A stretch of DNA of 64,000 nucleotides, taken from an uncultured Nitrospirota bacterium. GTDB taxonomy: Bacteria; Nitrospinota; Nitrospinia; CAJXCL01. Below are positions 40,925 to 49,638 of the stretch, in pieces. The stretch covers positions 3,492-67,491 of the forward strand of contig CAJXCL010000003.1 in the NCBI GenBank assembly GCA_913051775.1, in the 5' to 3' direction. The notes below the pieces were generated by a model that had not been told where the DNA came from, did not search any database, and saw only the letters and a program-made list of their open reading frames with translations. Numbering within the stretch: the first letter of the stretch is position 1; each line of letters begins with the position of its first letter. The translations under genes were made by a program, and so were the position numbers.

Positions 40925-42109
40925 ATGCCAATGGCTGTACTAAGGATAATCAGTATCAGCAGACGCGGAGATATCCCCGCATTTCATACCCCATGGTTGA
41001 TAAACAGACTGGGGGAAGGATATTGTCATTTTCAGACCCCTTACGGAGGGAAAATTCGAGAGGTTTCCTTAAAACCTGAAGATTGCGACGGCCTGGTATT
41101 CTGGACTCGAAATCCTTTTCCTCTGTTTAAGTACATTAATGAACTGAAAGATCGTGGGTATTGTTTTTATTTCCATTTTACAATTACCGGTTATCCAAAT
41201 CCTTTAGAATCACACACGCCTCCTCTCTTAAAGTCAATCGAACGATTTATAAACCTGTCGGAAAAAATAGGGTCGGAAGCTGTTCACTGGAGATATGATC
41301 CTGTTATCTTGAGCAGCCTGACTTCGGAAGCCTTTCACATAGAGAATTTTTCTTTTATAGCAAATAAACTCAAAAAAAGTACAGGGATATGCACTATTTC
41401 TTTTATCCAATTTTATGAAAAATCCCGTGGTAATTTTAAAAAAATCACTGAACAGCACGGAATTCGGTTTGACAATCCTTCTATGGAAAGAAAGATAAAA
41501 TTGGCAAAAACTTTGAAGGGAATAGCGGCAAAAAACGGAATAAATCTCAGGAGTTGTTGTGACAATTCCTTGCTGTCCGCGGGCATTCTGAAAGGAAGCT
41601 GCGTTGGCCCTGAATATCTTTCACTCATAAAGCGGCAAGTTGCCGCATCCACCATTAGGTATGGAAAGCCGAATTGGACGGCTTCTAGAGGAAAGCCGCC
41701 CGAAGGGTTGAGGCCATGGAAGGCAGAGCTAAGCTCAGCTTTGCCGATAATTAAATGGAGCTACCGCACCAACAAGCAAACAGAAAATTCTTTTAAGCTT
41801 TGCATAAGGCACTGTAAAAAACAAGAACTAACAGTGCCTAAAAAAAAGAAGCTTTTACAGTGTAATATTATAAAAACTGACTCCTATGGTAACTGGGAAA
41901 AAAGACCAACAAGAAAGGGGTGCGCCTGTTTCGAATCGGTTGATATAGGGACTTATGAAACCTGCACTTTCGGTTGTTGTTACTGCTATGCCACGCGCAG
42001 CAGAGAATCCGCGTTAAAACATCTTAAAAACTATGATAAAAACGACTCAATCCTTGTAAGACCCAAAAAATTTAACAATAAAAATATACGATTTACTAAT
42101 GCCGATTGA
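40925..42109 (+). CDS. DUF1848 family protein carrying an in-frame repeat insertion
   Basis: ISISRRGDIPAF, VFWTRNP, FTITGY, WRYDP and C.C..S.DIGTYETCTFGCCYCYA motifs; about 80 extra codons derived from repeat family A. Confidence 0.85.
   Translation: MPMAVLRIISISRRGDIPAFHTPWLINRLGEGYCHFQTPYGGKIREVSLKPEDCDGLVFWTRNPFPLFKYINELKDRGYCFYFHFTITGYPNPLESHTPPLLKSIERFINLSEKIGSEAVHWRYDPVILSSLTSEAFHIENFSFIANKLKKSTGICTISFIQFYEKSRGNFKKITEQHGIRFDNPSMERKIKLAKTLKGIAAKNGINLRSCCDNSLLSAGILKGSCVGPEYLSLIKRQVAASTIRYGKPNWTASRGKPPEGLRPWKAELSSALPIIKWSYRTNKQTENSFKLCIRHCKKQELTVPKKKKLLQCNIIKTDSYGNWEKRPTRKGCACFESVDIGTYETCTFGCCYCYATRSRESALKHLKNYDKNDSILVRPKKFNNKNIRFTNAD
41630..41876 (+). repeat. Dispersed multi-hairpin repeat family A, copy 1 (inside the DUF1848 CDS)
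   Basis: GCGGCAAGTTGCCGC...GGTATGGAAAGCCGAATTGGACGG...CCGCCCGAAGGGTTGAGGCCATGGAAGGCAGAGC...AAGCTTTTACAGTGTAATATTATAA; ends approximate. Confidence 0.85.
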
Positions 42110-42172
42110 CGAATAAAAAAAATAATTTACAAACTGCACATTTTTAATCTCAAATCTAAAACCTAAAATCAT

Positions 42173-42347
42173 AAAGCGGAGAGGCTCCTCAACCACAATT
42201 CGGCATGGAGAGCCGAACTGGACGGATGTTTTTGCAATCCGCCCGAAGGGTTGAGGCCATGGAAGGCCGAAATCAAATGGAGCTTCTGCTCCGGTGAGCA
42301 AAAAAAACTTGTTCAAAAAACAAGCTTTTATATAGTGATAGTATAAA
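42173..42347 (+). repeat. Repeat family A, copy 2
   Basis: AAAGCGGAG...CAACCACAATTCGGCATGGAGAGCCGAACTGGACGG...CCGCCCGAAGGGTTGAGGCCATGGAAGGCCGAAATCAAATGGAGC...AAAAAACAAGCTTTTATATAGTGATAGTATAA. Confidence 0.85.
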
Positions 42348-42399
42348 TCGTCGATTAGTTGCAATCGAATTGAGAAATTTTAGCCGCAATATTAGAAAA

Positions 42400-43128
42400 T
42401 CATAACATTAAAAATATCATCAAAGTTAATGCTTCTATTATCTCATTGATAAATCCAAAATGGTCGCCGGTAATCTTTCCAAATGAATTTAATAAAAATT
42501 GATAAATCATGGTTGTAAAAATAGCAATTCCAATTAAAGCAGTTAAGCCTATAATATCAAAAAGATAGATTACGATTAAGCAAGGTAGGATAGATGACAG
42601 GATGAAATGTTTTTCTTTTATCTGTTTCTGAAATTTACTCCCCAGGCCGATATGTTTCATCTGGATGCTATAAAGAATAGTCAGCACCATTGTCCAACGG
42701 CTTGCCATAGGAAACACCAGGAGGGCGTATATCTTTGTACTTTGTTCGATAAAGGCGATTGAATTATATTTTAATAATACAAGAAAGATTACAGATATGG
42801 CACCCATGGTTCCTATATGGCTGTCTTTCATGACCTTCAGTTTTTCTTTCGGGGATTTTACACATCCCAGTCCATCAAATGTATCGGCAAAACCATCGAT
42901 ATGCAGACCCCTGGTAATTAGGGTTAAGAAAGCAACCTGAATAATAGCGGTAATATCAATCGGTAGAAATGGAGAAAGGCAGTATTCCAACCCTGCCAAC
43001 CCCGCCCCGAGAGTAAGACCGACTAAAGGGAAGTAGATAGTAGATTCAGCCAATAATTCCTGTCGAAAGCTTTTTACTTTTAAAGGTAGTATGGTAAGAA
43101 ACTGAAAAGCAGTAATAATTTTATTCAT
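42400..43128 (-). CDS. cobS: Adenosylcobinamide-GDP ribazoletransferase
   Basis: AFQFLTILP, YFPLVG, GLHIDGFADTFDG, MKDSHIGTMG and GKITGDHFG motifs. Confidence 0.92.
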   Translation of the reverse strand: MNKIITAFQFLTILPLKVKSFRQELLAESTIYFPLVGLTLGAGLAGLEYCLSPFLPIDITAIIQVAFLTLITRGLHIDGFADTFDGLGCVKSPKEKLKVMKDSHIGTMGAISVIFLVLLKYNSIAFIEQSTKIYALLVFPMASRWTMVLTILYSIQMKHIGLGSKFQKQIKEKHFILSSILPCLIVIYLFDIIGLTALIGIAIFTTMIYQFLLNSFGKITGDHFGFINEIIEALTLMIFLML

Positions 43129-43134
43129 TGGGTT

Positions 43135-43550
43135 AGAAAGGTTTGAGATTTACACCACATTTCTGAGCCGCCTTCTATAATATATTATCCTGTGTTGCTA
43201 ACGAAACTCCTTTAAGCATTGCAATTTCAGATAGGAGGCATCGTAAGATGACAAATTGTGCTGACGAGCAAGTGAAAGTATATCCTCCATAGCTCTATTA
43301 GGAGCACTTTCGCCGATAACAACCGGAAGTGTGTGCAATAATTCGACAAATTGCAGAGACTGGGTTTTTGTAATACGCTTATTACATTCGCTCGTAAGGA
43401 TTACATTTGCTAGTTCCAGCGTTCAAATGGAAGGTACTAAAGCATGCCCATTTGAAAACCAGTCCAAAACTACATTTGTAAACTTATTGGCTTCATCTTC
43501 GAAACACCAACTCATTGCTACAGAACAACCTAAAACAAAATCTTTAAATA
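43135..43550 (-). pseudogene. VapC/PIN toxin pseudogene
   Basis: Manual translation gives KDFVLGCSVAMSWCFEDE...VPSI*TLELANV...LSSYDASYL, then a frameshift and LATQD. Start codon lost, first catalytic Asp changed to Gly, internal stops. Confidence 0.75.
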
Positions 43551-43787
43551 TCTTCTTCCTTCATTAATTATTTTTTGTATTGATAGTCCGCCCAACTTTT
43601 TGCCTTTTCTAAAAGATCGAATCTTTTCAATTACTAACTTTGGATCAGCCTTTCCTCCGGGTGCTATTGGAACAAGTATGGCAACAGGAGTACCTTTTCT
43701 GGTTATAGAGATTCGTTCACCACGAGATACTTTATCCAAAATCCTTTCGAAATGTGTTTTTGCTTCATAAAAACCAACTTTTTTCAT
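43530..43787 (-). CDS. Phd/YefM family antitoxin
   Basis: VGFYEAKTHFERILDKVSRGERISITRKGTPVAILVP motif. Confidence 0.88.
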   Translation of the reverse strand: MKKVGFYEAKTHFERILDKVSRGERISITRKGTPVAILVPIAPGGKADPKLVIEKIRSFRKGKKLGGLSIQKIINEGRRYLKILF

Positions 43788-44261
43788 AAAAGAACTTCCT
43801 CTAAAGACTGGTCTGTAGACAAGTCTTTAGGATTTTGTGTTTGGTGTCAATCTCTATTAAAAAAGTGAAGGGATTGAGAATATACAATATAAAGCACAGA
43901 TTTTTATAAGTCAAAACTATGATATTAACTTAATCTTGCATGATAAATTTTTTAAAAATTGTTAATCATAATATTCATAACCCAATAGATTAAGTTTTTT
44001 TAGGGATAATATTCTCGGAAACACATATAACTTCTAAGAAAAAACTCCTTTTAAAAATTTATCATGCAAGATTGAGGTATTAACTCATTGTCCTTAACCA
44101 TGAATATGTGTTATGAGTATAATATATCTGAACCAGTCATAACCTGTTCGTACTGTAATAAAGAAATTCCTCTCACTGAAGCAATTTCCCATAAAATGCT
44201 GGAAAAACTGCAAAAGGAATTTTAGGGTCAGGCTAAAAAAATAGAAAAAGATGCAAAATAA

Positions 44262-44370
44262 ATTAAAAGGATCGTTCATAACATTAGCGGGATGTATGGA
44301 GATATGGAAGGAATCATCGGCGCCTCTTTACCTCAAATAAAAGTTTGGAATTAAAAAAATTGTCTGAAGG
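44262..44370 (+). pseudogene. Probable DUF2130-family C-terminal remnant
   Basis: RIVHNISGMYGDMEGIIGASLPQI, then a frameshift and LEL; recognised from memory of the family C-terminus. Confidence 0.4.
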
Positions 44371-44390
44371 AGACAATTTGGATCAGATCA

Positions 44391-44855
44391 GTGATGACGG
44401 AAAAATGGAGGGGGAGCATTAAGGAATCAGAAAAAATAAAATTATTATTTTTGTGTACAGGGAACTCCTGCAGAAGCCAGATGGCAGAGGGATGGACGCG
44501 GCTTCTGAAGAGTAGTGAAATCGAATCCTATTCGGCAGGTATTGAAATTAACAGCTTAAACCCTCTTGCGGTCAAGGTTATGGCTGAAGCGGGTGTTGAT
44601 ATTTCTCGACACAAATCTACACATGTGGATGAATTAAAAGACGCTCAATTTGACTTCGTTGTTACACTTTGTGGTCACGCGCAGGAACATTGCCCGCTAT
44701 TCCCCGGAAAAACAAAAACAATCCACGTTGGGTTTGATGATCCGCCGAAACTGGCGGCAAACGCTAAAACCGAAGAAGAAGCGCTTAACCATTACCGAAA
44801 AGTACGTGATGAAATTAAAACTTTTGTTGGACAACTTCCCGGGGTATTATCATGA
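44391..44855 (+). CDS. arsC: Thioredoxin-dependent arsenate reductase (LMW-PTP fold)
   Basis: LFLCTGNSCRSQMAEG, VTLCGHAQEHCP, FDDP and VRDEI motifs; start uncertain (the best SD, GGAGG, precedes an ATT). Confidence 0.9.
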   Translation: MMTEKWRGSIKESEKIKLLFLCTGNSCRSQMAEGWTRLLKSSEIESYSAGIEINSLNPLAVKVMAEAGVDISRHKSTHVDELKDAQFDFVVTLCGHAQEHCPLFPGKTKTIHVGFDDPPKLAANAKTEEEALNHYRKVRDEIKTFVGQLPGVLS

Positions 44856-45328
44856 TGAATTTACCGAGAAGGACAAGGATTATCGCGATGATCGGAACCG
44901 TAACAGAATCACCGGAGATGCTGGAAAAATTGATAAAGGCAGGAATCAATATAGTCCGCATCAATATGTTGCACGCAAATGAAAGCGGCCTGTGTTATGA
45001 CGGATCAACTTGGGGCCAAAGCCCTGGTGATATTTACCCGGTCAGGCAATACAGCGCGTTACGCGGCATGGTTGCGCTAGGAAAAGGCCACCATATATGC
45101 CTTTATCGATGATGCTAAATTATATCATCAAATAACTCTCAATTGGGGAAACGACCCTTTTCTCATTCAGTTTGATGACGATGAACCATCGAATACAGTA
45201 GGTGCAGCATTGGAAGTAATGAAACAAAGTGGTCGAATAAAAACAGAAAGAGACAATTGTTCTGGTGACCGAAGTCAGGGTGAAGAACAAAATAGTTGCT
45301 ACCGTCTAGATGAAAAAAGTGGAATAAT
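44852..45328 (+). pseudogene. pyk: Pyruvate kinase, large internal deletion
   Basis: RRTRIIAMIGTVTESPEMLEKLIKAGINIVRINMLH (PK N-terminus) joined directly to GAKALVIFTRSGNTARY...IYAF...LNWG (PK C-domain), with an in-frame TAG and frameshifts. Confidence 0.85.
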
Positions 45329-45364
45329 GTTTTGTTTAAATTTGAGAATTAGCATACTATAATT

Positions 45365-45550
45365 TGAAAGTGTTTTTAGCTAGCGCATTCCATGCGATCT
45401 TGCAGAGCTACCAAGCTAAGTTTGGCTTTGTCGCGGACTTAGCGGGCGATACCCCCCCCCTTAATTCCCTCTAACAAGGAGGGGCTCAGGGGGTGTATAT
45501 ACTCTGCACTGAAGATTCCCTGCAGTCTTGCTGCAGGGGGAGCTTTAAAT
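45365..45550 (+). repeat. Repeat family B, copy 5, with a nested second hairpin repeat
   Basis: TGAAAGTGTTTTTAGCTAGCGCATTCC...[ATACCCCC...GGGGGTGTAT 45449-45497]...ATACTCTGCACTGAAGATTCCCTGCAGTCTTGCTGCAGGGGGAGCTTTAAATT. Confidence 0.75.
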
Positions 45551-45565
45551 TTCTGGGGAGAAACA

Positions 45566-46447
45566 ATGAAAGGAATAATATTAGCAGGTGGTTCAGGTAC
45601 CCGCATGTATCCTATTACCCGTGTTGTCAGCAAACAACTGCTCCCTGTGTATGATAAACCCATGATTTATTATCCCTTGTCTGTCTTAATGCTGGCAGGT
45701 GTCAAAGATGTTCTCATAATTTCCACTCCAGCAGATTTACCGAAGTTCCGGGACCTTCTTGGGGATGGCTCTCAATGGGGTATCTCTTTATCTTATGCCG
45801 AACAACCCCGTCCAGAAGGATTGGCTCAGGCCTTCATTATTGGAAAATCATTTATAGGCAATAAAAAGGTTGCTCTTGTTCTTGGGGACAATATATTTTA
45901 TGGACAGGGTCTTCCCAAAATTTTCAGTAGATGCGCAAAACTCGAAAAAGGAGGGATTATTTTTGGTTATTTAGTGCGAGACCCCTGGCGGTATGGTGTT
46001 GTCAGTTTTGATAAAAACCTCGATGTTGTTAGTCTCGAAGAGAAGCCTGAAAATCCCAAGTCAAAATATGCTGTACCCGGTCTTTATTTTTATGACAATG
46101 ATGTGGTGAAAATAGCGGAAAATCTTAAACCTTCTGCCCGTGGAGAGTTGGAAATTACGGATGTAAACTTGGAATACCTTCGCAGGAGAGAGCTAAAAGT
46201 GGAACTTTTAGGACGCGGATTTGCCTGGCTTGACACAGGTACCTTTGAGTCTTTACAGCAAGCTGCCAATTATGTGCAAGCGGTTCAGGTGCGGCAGGGC
46301 CTGAAGGTTTCGTGTCTAGAGGAAATCGCGTTTAATCTCGGTTATATAGATGCGAAACAGCTAAAAAAACTCGCCGCTGAAATGCTGAAAAGTGGTTATG
46401 GACAGTATTTAATGGATGTATTAAAGGAAGCAGAAAAAGGAAAATAA
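45566..46447 (+). CDS. rmlA: Glucose-1-phosphate thymidylyltransferase
   Basis: [41 protein letters not shown] and AWLDTGT motifs. Confidence 0.97.
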   Translation: MKGIILAGGSGTRMYPITRVVSKQLLPVYDKPMIYYPLSVLMLAGVKDVLIISTPADLPKFRDLLGDGSQWGISLSYAEQPRPEGLAQAFIIGKSFIGNKKVALVLGDNIFYGQGLPKIFSRCAKLEKGGIIFGYLVRDPWRYGVVSFDKNLDVVSLEEKPENPKSKYAVPGLYFYDNDVVKIAENLKPSARGELEITDVNLEYLRRRELKVELLGRGFAWLDTGTFESLQQAANYVQAVQVRQGLKVSCLEEIAFNLGYIDAKQLKKLAAEMLKSGYGQYLMDVLKEAEKGK

Positions 46448-46453
46448 AAAACA

Positions 46454-47065
46454 ATGACATTAAAACTCATTAACACATCGATATCCGATGTTCTTTTGCT
46501 TGAGCCGAATGTGTATGATGATTCCAGAGGGTTTTTTTTAGAAACTTTTCACCAAAGTAAATATACCGATGTGGGAATTGATAAAACTTTTGTGCAGGAC
46601 AACTATTCCCACTCAAAGCAGGGAACCTTGAGAGGATTGCATTATCAACTCCTTCATCCGCAGGGGAAATTGATCTTTGTGTTGAGAGGAGAAATATTTG
46701 ATGTGGCGGTTGATATTCGGCGAGGTTCTTCTACGTTAGGACAATGGGTTGGAGCCAATCTCTCAGCAAAAAACAAACGCCAGATATATGTACCGGAGGG
46801 GTTTGCTCATGGTTTTTGCGTATTGAGTGAATCCGCTGATGTCATGTACAAATGCTCGGACTTCTATGATACTGAAGATGAGTATGGAATTTTTTGGTCA
46901 GATGAGACGATTGCTATTAACTGGCCTGTTAAAACACCGATTCTCTCTGGAAAAGACAGCAAGTTTCAAAAATTTACTGAGATCCCTGAGAAAGATTTGC
47001 CAATTTATGGCGGGGCCGACGGGACTCGAACCCGCAACTTCCGGCGTGACAGGCCGGTGCTCTAA
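46454..47065 (+). CDS. rmlC: dTDP-4-dehydrorhamnose 3,5-epimerase; C-terminus reads into antisense tRNA-Asp
   Basis: DSRGFF, FVQDNYS, LRGLHYQ, DVAVDIRRGS, GFAHGF and YKC motifs. Confidence 0.95.
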   Translation: MTLKLINTSISDVLLLEPNVYDDSRGFFLETFHQSKYTDVGIDKTFVQDNYSHSKQGTLRGLHYQLLHPQGKLIFVLRGEIFDVAVDIRRGSSTLGQWVGANLSAKNKRQIYVPEGFAHGFCVLSESADVMYKCSDFYDTEDEYGIFWSDETIAINWPVKTPILSGKDSKFQKFTEIPEKDLPIYGGADGTRTRNFRRDRPVL

Positions 47066-47084
47066 CCAGTTGAACTACGACCCC
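47008..47084 (-). tRNA. tRNA-Asp(GTC)
   Basis: GGGGTCGTAGTTCAACTGGTTAGAGCACCGGCCTGTCACGCCGGAAGTTGCGGGTTCGAGTCCCGTCGGCCCCGCCA; full cloverleaf with encoded CCA. Confidence 0.97.
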
Positions 47085-47129
47085 CCCCAATTTTTATTCA
47101 ATATAAACCAATAGTTATGAAACCACGAA

Positions 47130-47321
47130 TTACCCAGAAGATTTCCGGTTGCTTGTTGCTGCAGGAAGCTTCAAATGAAAGGTAGTATACCACAAAAGTA
47201 ATGTGCCGCAAGTAGAATTATGCATTATCATTTGTTCTATTCCTGTATAAAGCGGCTTGATGTACAGAGTGTTTAGCCTGTTTTCTTTCCCGGAATAATA
47301 CAGCAGCGAAGAAAACGACAA
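47130..47321 (-). pseudogene. Possible histidine kinase HATPase C-terminal remnant
   Basis: QMIMHN..GTLLL..TTFHLKLP resembles the end of HATPase_c domains; weak. Confidence 0.25.
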
Positions 47322-47419
47322 TCAATAATATGATTATTTGCAGAAAAATCATCCACCTTCTTGGGAGGCCTTTTTTTCAGTCTCCGATAGGCGATATTGT
47401 TGAAGCTGAGTTGAGGGAT

Positions 47420-47872
47420 TTATTTGGAAGAGCATTTAGAACAAGTGCCGTATAGTTCGAGCCGATGAGATGTTATTTTAAACTTATGCTTCCCAGCTAT
47501 CTTCTCCTGAGTCTCTTCTATTTCAGGGTTTTTAAACTCAATAATCTTTCCGCATTTCAGGCAAATGAGATGGTCATGATGGGTATGCAGGTAGTTGTGT
47601 TCGTAATGGGCCTCGCCTTTTTCAAAGCGGCTCATCCTTGCGAGACCGGCATCATGGAAAAGCTTCAGGTTTCTATATATGGTCGCAATTCCGATTGAGG
47701 GGTCTTCTTCGTTAACCTTTTTATGAAGTTCCTCCGCTGTGATATGTCCTTCTTCTTTTAGAAATGCTTTAAGTATGGTGTTTCGCTTGGATGAATGACG
47801 AAGGTTCTTTTCCGATAAAAAATTTGTTAAAAGCTGCTTTTCTTTATACATTTTCTTGAAAGTTTTTAGCAA
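47420..47872 (-). CDS. fur: Fur family transcriptional regulator
   Basis: HITAEEL, IGIATIYRNLKLF, HHDHLICLKCGKIIEF and HRLELYGTCSKC motifs. Confidence 0.93.
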   Translation of the reverse strand: MLKTFKKMYKEKQLLTNFLSEKNLRHSSKRNTILKAFLKEEGHITAEELHKKVNEEDPSIGIATIYRNLKLFHDAGLARMSRFEKGEAHYEHNYLHTHHDHLICLKCGKIIEFKNPEIEETQEKIAGKHKFKITSHRLELYGTCSKCSSK

Positions 47873-48093
47873 CTAAACCTAAAAAAAAACCATTTTAAAC
47901 CCTAATATACAATTTTATAATTCAAAATTCTATCATTTTATACAAGTTTAGAGTTAGACCTACCGGGTCTCTTTCTCTTGCAGGGAAAAATTCGATGGGT
48001 ATTTCAGTAGACTTAAAACCTGGAATATCGTTACAAACATACCTTTAAGTGGGTTTTGGCCATGAAGATTTTATCACACACTGAAGATGGTTT

Positions 48094-48400
48094 CTACTGG
48101 TTACATTTATTATCCGTAGTTTTGAAGGATACCTGACAAACCATATAAAATAAAACAGCCGCAATAAATGTCTTTATTCGCGCATCAATGTAATTCCTGT
48201 TTTGCAGGAACATAAACATTCCGGAAAGTGTAAAGACTATCCATGGTAAACGGGTCAAAAGTATTCCGGAGTCAACCCAACCAAAAGCTTCTCCCGTGCG
48301 GATTGCAAATAACAAAAACCGGTTGTCTGCTTTCAACTCACTGGCCATTGATCCACTCCATTTATCAATGTGCCCATAGGTGAAGGATATTCCAGTAAAA
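48094..48400 (-). pseudogene. Possible PepSY-associated TM (iron-regulated membrane protein) remnant
   Basis: IRTGEAFGWV...IVFTLSGMFM resembles the LHtGe.FG...tG..mw end of PepSY_TM proteins; the upstream part is not intact. Confidence 0.35.
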
Positions 48401-48630
48401 AAGAGTTCTTCGGGACCAACTACAACGACTTGCGGAAGAAGCCAGAATAAGATGCTAAGCAGTGAACATCCTGAAATGCATAGTCTTTTCCGGCATGAAT
48501 ACCTTTAAGAAAACAAAACAGGGCAAATGGCCACCATGAAAGCCGTATTCCTATTTAGGTTAATTTACAATTAAAAGGTTAGTATATTAATCCATATCGG
48601 GAAATACATATGATTTTATTTTGATAGGGG

Positions 48631-48683
48631 TGAAAGTGTTAAGTGAGCGTATTCCCACGTAGCTTGCTGCAGTGAGCTTCAAT
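48631..48683 (+). repeat. Repeat family B, copy 6 (short form)
   Basis: TGAAAGTGTTAAGTGAGCGTATTCCCACGTAGCTTGCTGCAGTGAGCTTCAAT. Confidence 0.75.
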
Positions 48684-48832
48684 ATACTAATGTTTATTGA
48701 AAGGTACCTTAAAAAAACCGTTATTGAGGATTTCTAAAGAAAATGGTTTTTCTTTGTAGGGGATATGGATTCACCTTGAATCAAAATGTAAATGTGAGTT
48801 TTTGGAAGTGCCCGGTAGAAATTAGAAGCATT

Positions 48833-49465
48833 TTAATATGTAAATTGAACCAACTTGCGTTTTTCATTATCTTTAATTATTAATCGCTGTTTTTTAGATA
48901 TAAACTCGTTGTGCCACGTTTCTATTTCAAATTCTCCTTTAGGCACTTTTTTAATGGTAAAGTTTCCTTTTTTATCAACACTTGAAAAAAAGGGATTCTG
49001 AAGAACTAAAATAAAGCCCCTTAATTCCTGATGAATATCACACAAAAGCATAACTTCCCCCCCCTCGGAGAACTTAATAGGACCATATTTGGTGTTTGCC
49101 GGAATTCCAAAGTTGAATGAAATTGGACCACCTGTTGCTGTATGCAGGTTATGAAAGTGTGGATCTTCATTGGAAAAAATTACCTCTCTCTCTCTTGCGA
49201 TGGGAAGCACCTGAGGAATAACCTGATTATTCTTTTGAACATTCAATACTGTTTCTTTGGGTAAGCTAAAGAGTTTATTATCAACATATTTAATGTATAC
49301 GACAAAGTTCTCGAATTGATCTATACGATTTGAAACAATTCTACCTTCAACAGTAGCCGACAGGCACTCGGGAACAGCTCCCAGCCCTGGCATAATAACA
49401 GTAAAAATGATTAGTAATATTCGACTTATATGTTGCTTCATAAATAAAGCGATAAGTTGCCGCAA
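48833..49465 (-). CDS. Exported cupredoxin-like plus carboxypeptidase-regulatory-like domain protein
   Basis: Signal peptide; F.NEDPHFHN, CDIH (Cu-ligand-type C-x2-H) and GNFTIKKVPKGEFEIETWH motifs. Confidence 0.75.
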   Translation of the reverse strand: MRQLIALFMKQHISRILLIIFTVIMPGLGAVPECLSATVEGRIVSNRIDQFENFVVYIKYVDNKLFSLPKETVLNVQKNNQVIPQVLPIAREREVIFSNEDPHFHNLHTATGGPISFNFGIPANTKYGPIKFSEGGEVMLLCDIHQELRGFILVLQNPFFSSVDKKGNFTIKKVPKGEFEIETWHNEFISKKQRLIIKDNEKRKLVQFTY

Positions 49466-49600
49466 TCACAACTTGGCATGGAGAACCAAATTGGACCGAC
49501 ATACTTGCGGTTCGCCCGAAGGGTTGAGGCTATGGATGGCAGAGCTAGGTTTTGCCGAAATCAAATAAGACTGCCGCCCTGGAGAACCAACAAAAATAAA
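49446..49600 (+). repeat. Repeat family A, copy 3
   Basis: AAAGCGATAAGTTGCCGCAATCACAACTTGGCATGGAGAACCAAATTGGACCG...TCGCCCGAAGGGTTGAGGCTATGGATGGCAGAGC...TTTGCCGAAATCAAAT...CCGCCCTGGAGAACCA. Confidence 0.85.
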
Positions 49601-49638
49601 ATTAAATACTCAGAACCCCGACATTTGGTTGGGAAGCT

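Noticed and set aside
42200-42270. GAGAGCCGAACTGGACGG as group II intron domain V
   Set aside because: Only the GAGCCG start matches; the 34-nt DV hairpin, the DVI branch-point A and any RT ORF are absent.
42047-42364. 105-aa minus-strand ORF
   Set aside because: Antisense translation of repeat family A copy 2; no SD or recognisable domain.
43400-45110. In-frame TGA in vapC and TAG in pyk as Sec/Pyl recoding
   Set aside because: Both genes also carry frameshifts or large deletions, and the stops replace non-catalytic residues; ordinary decay explains them.
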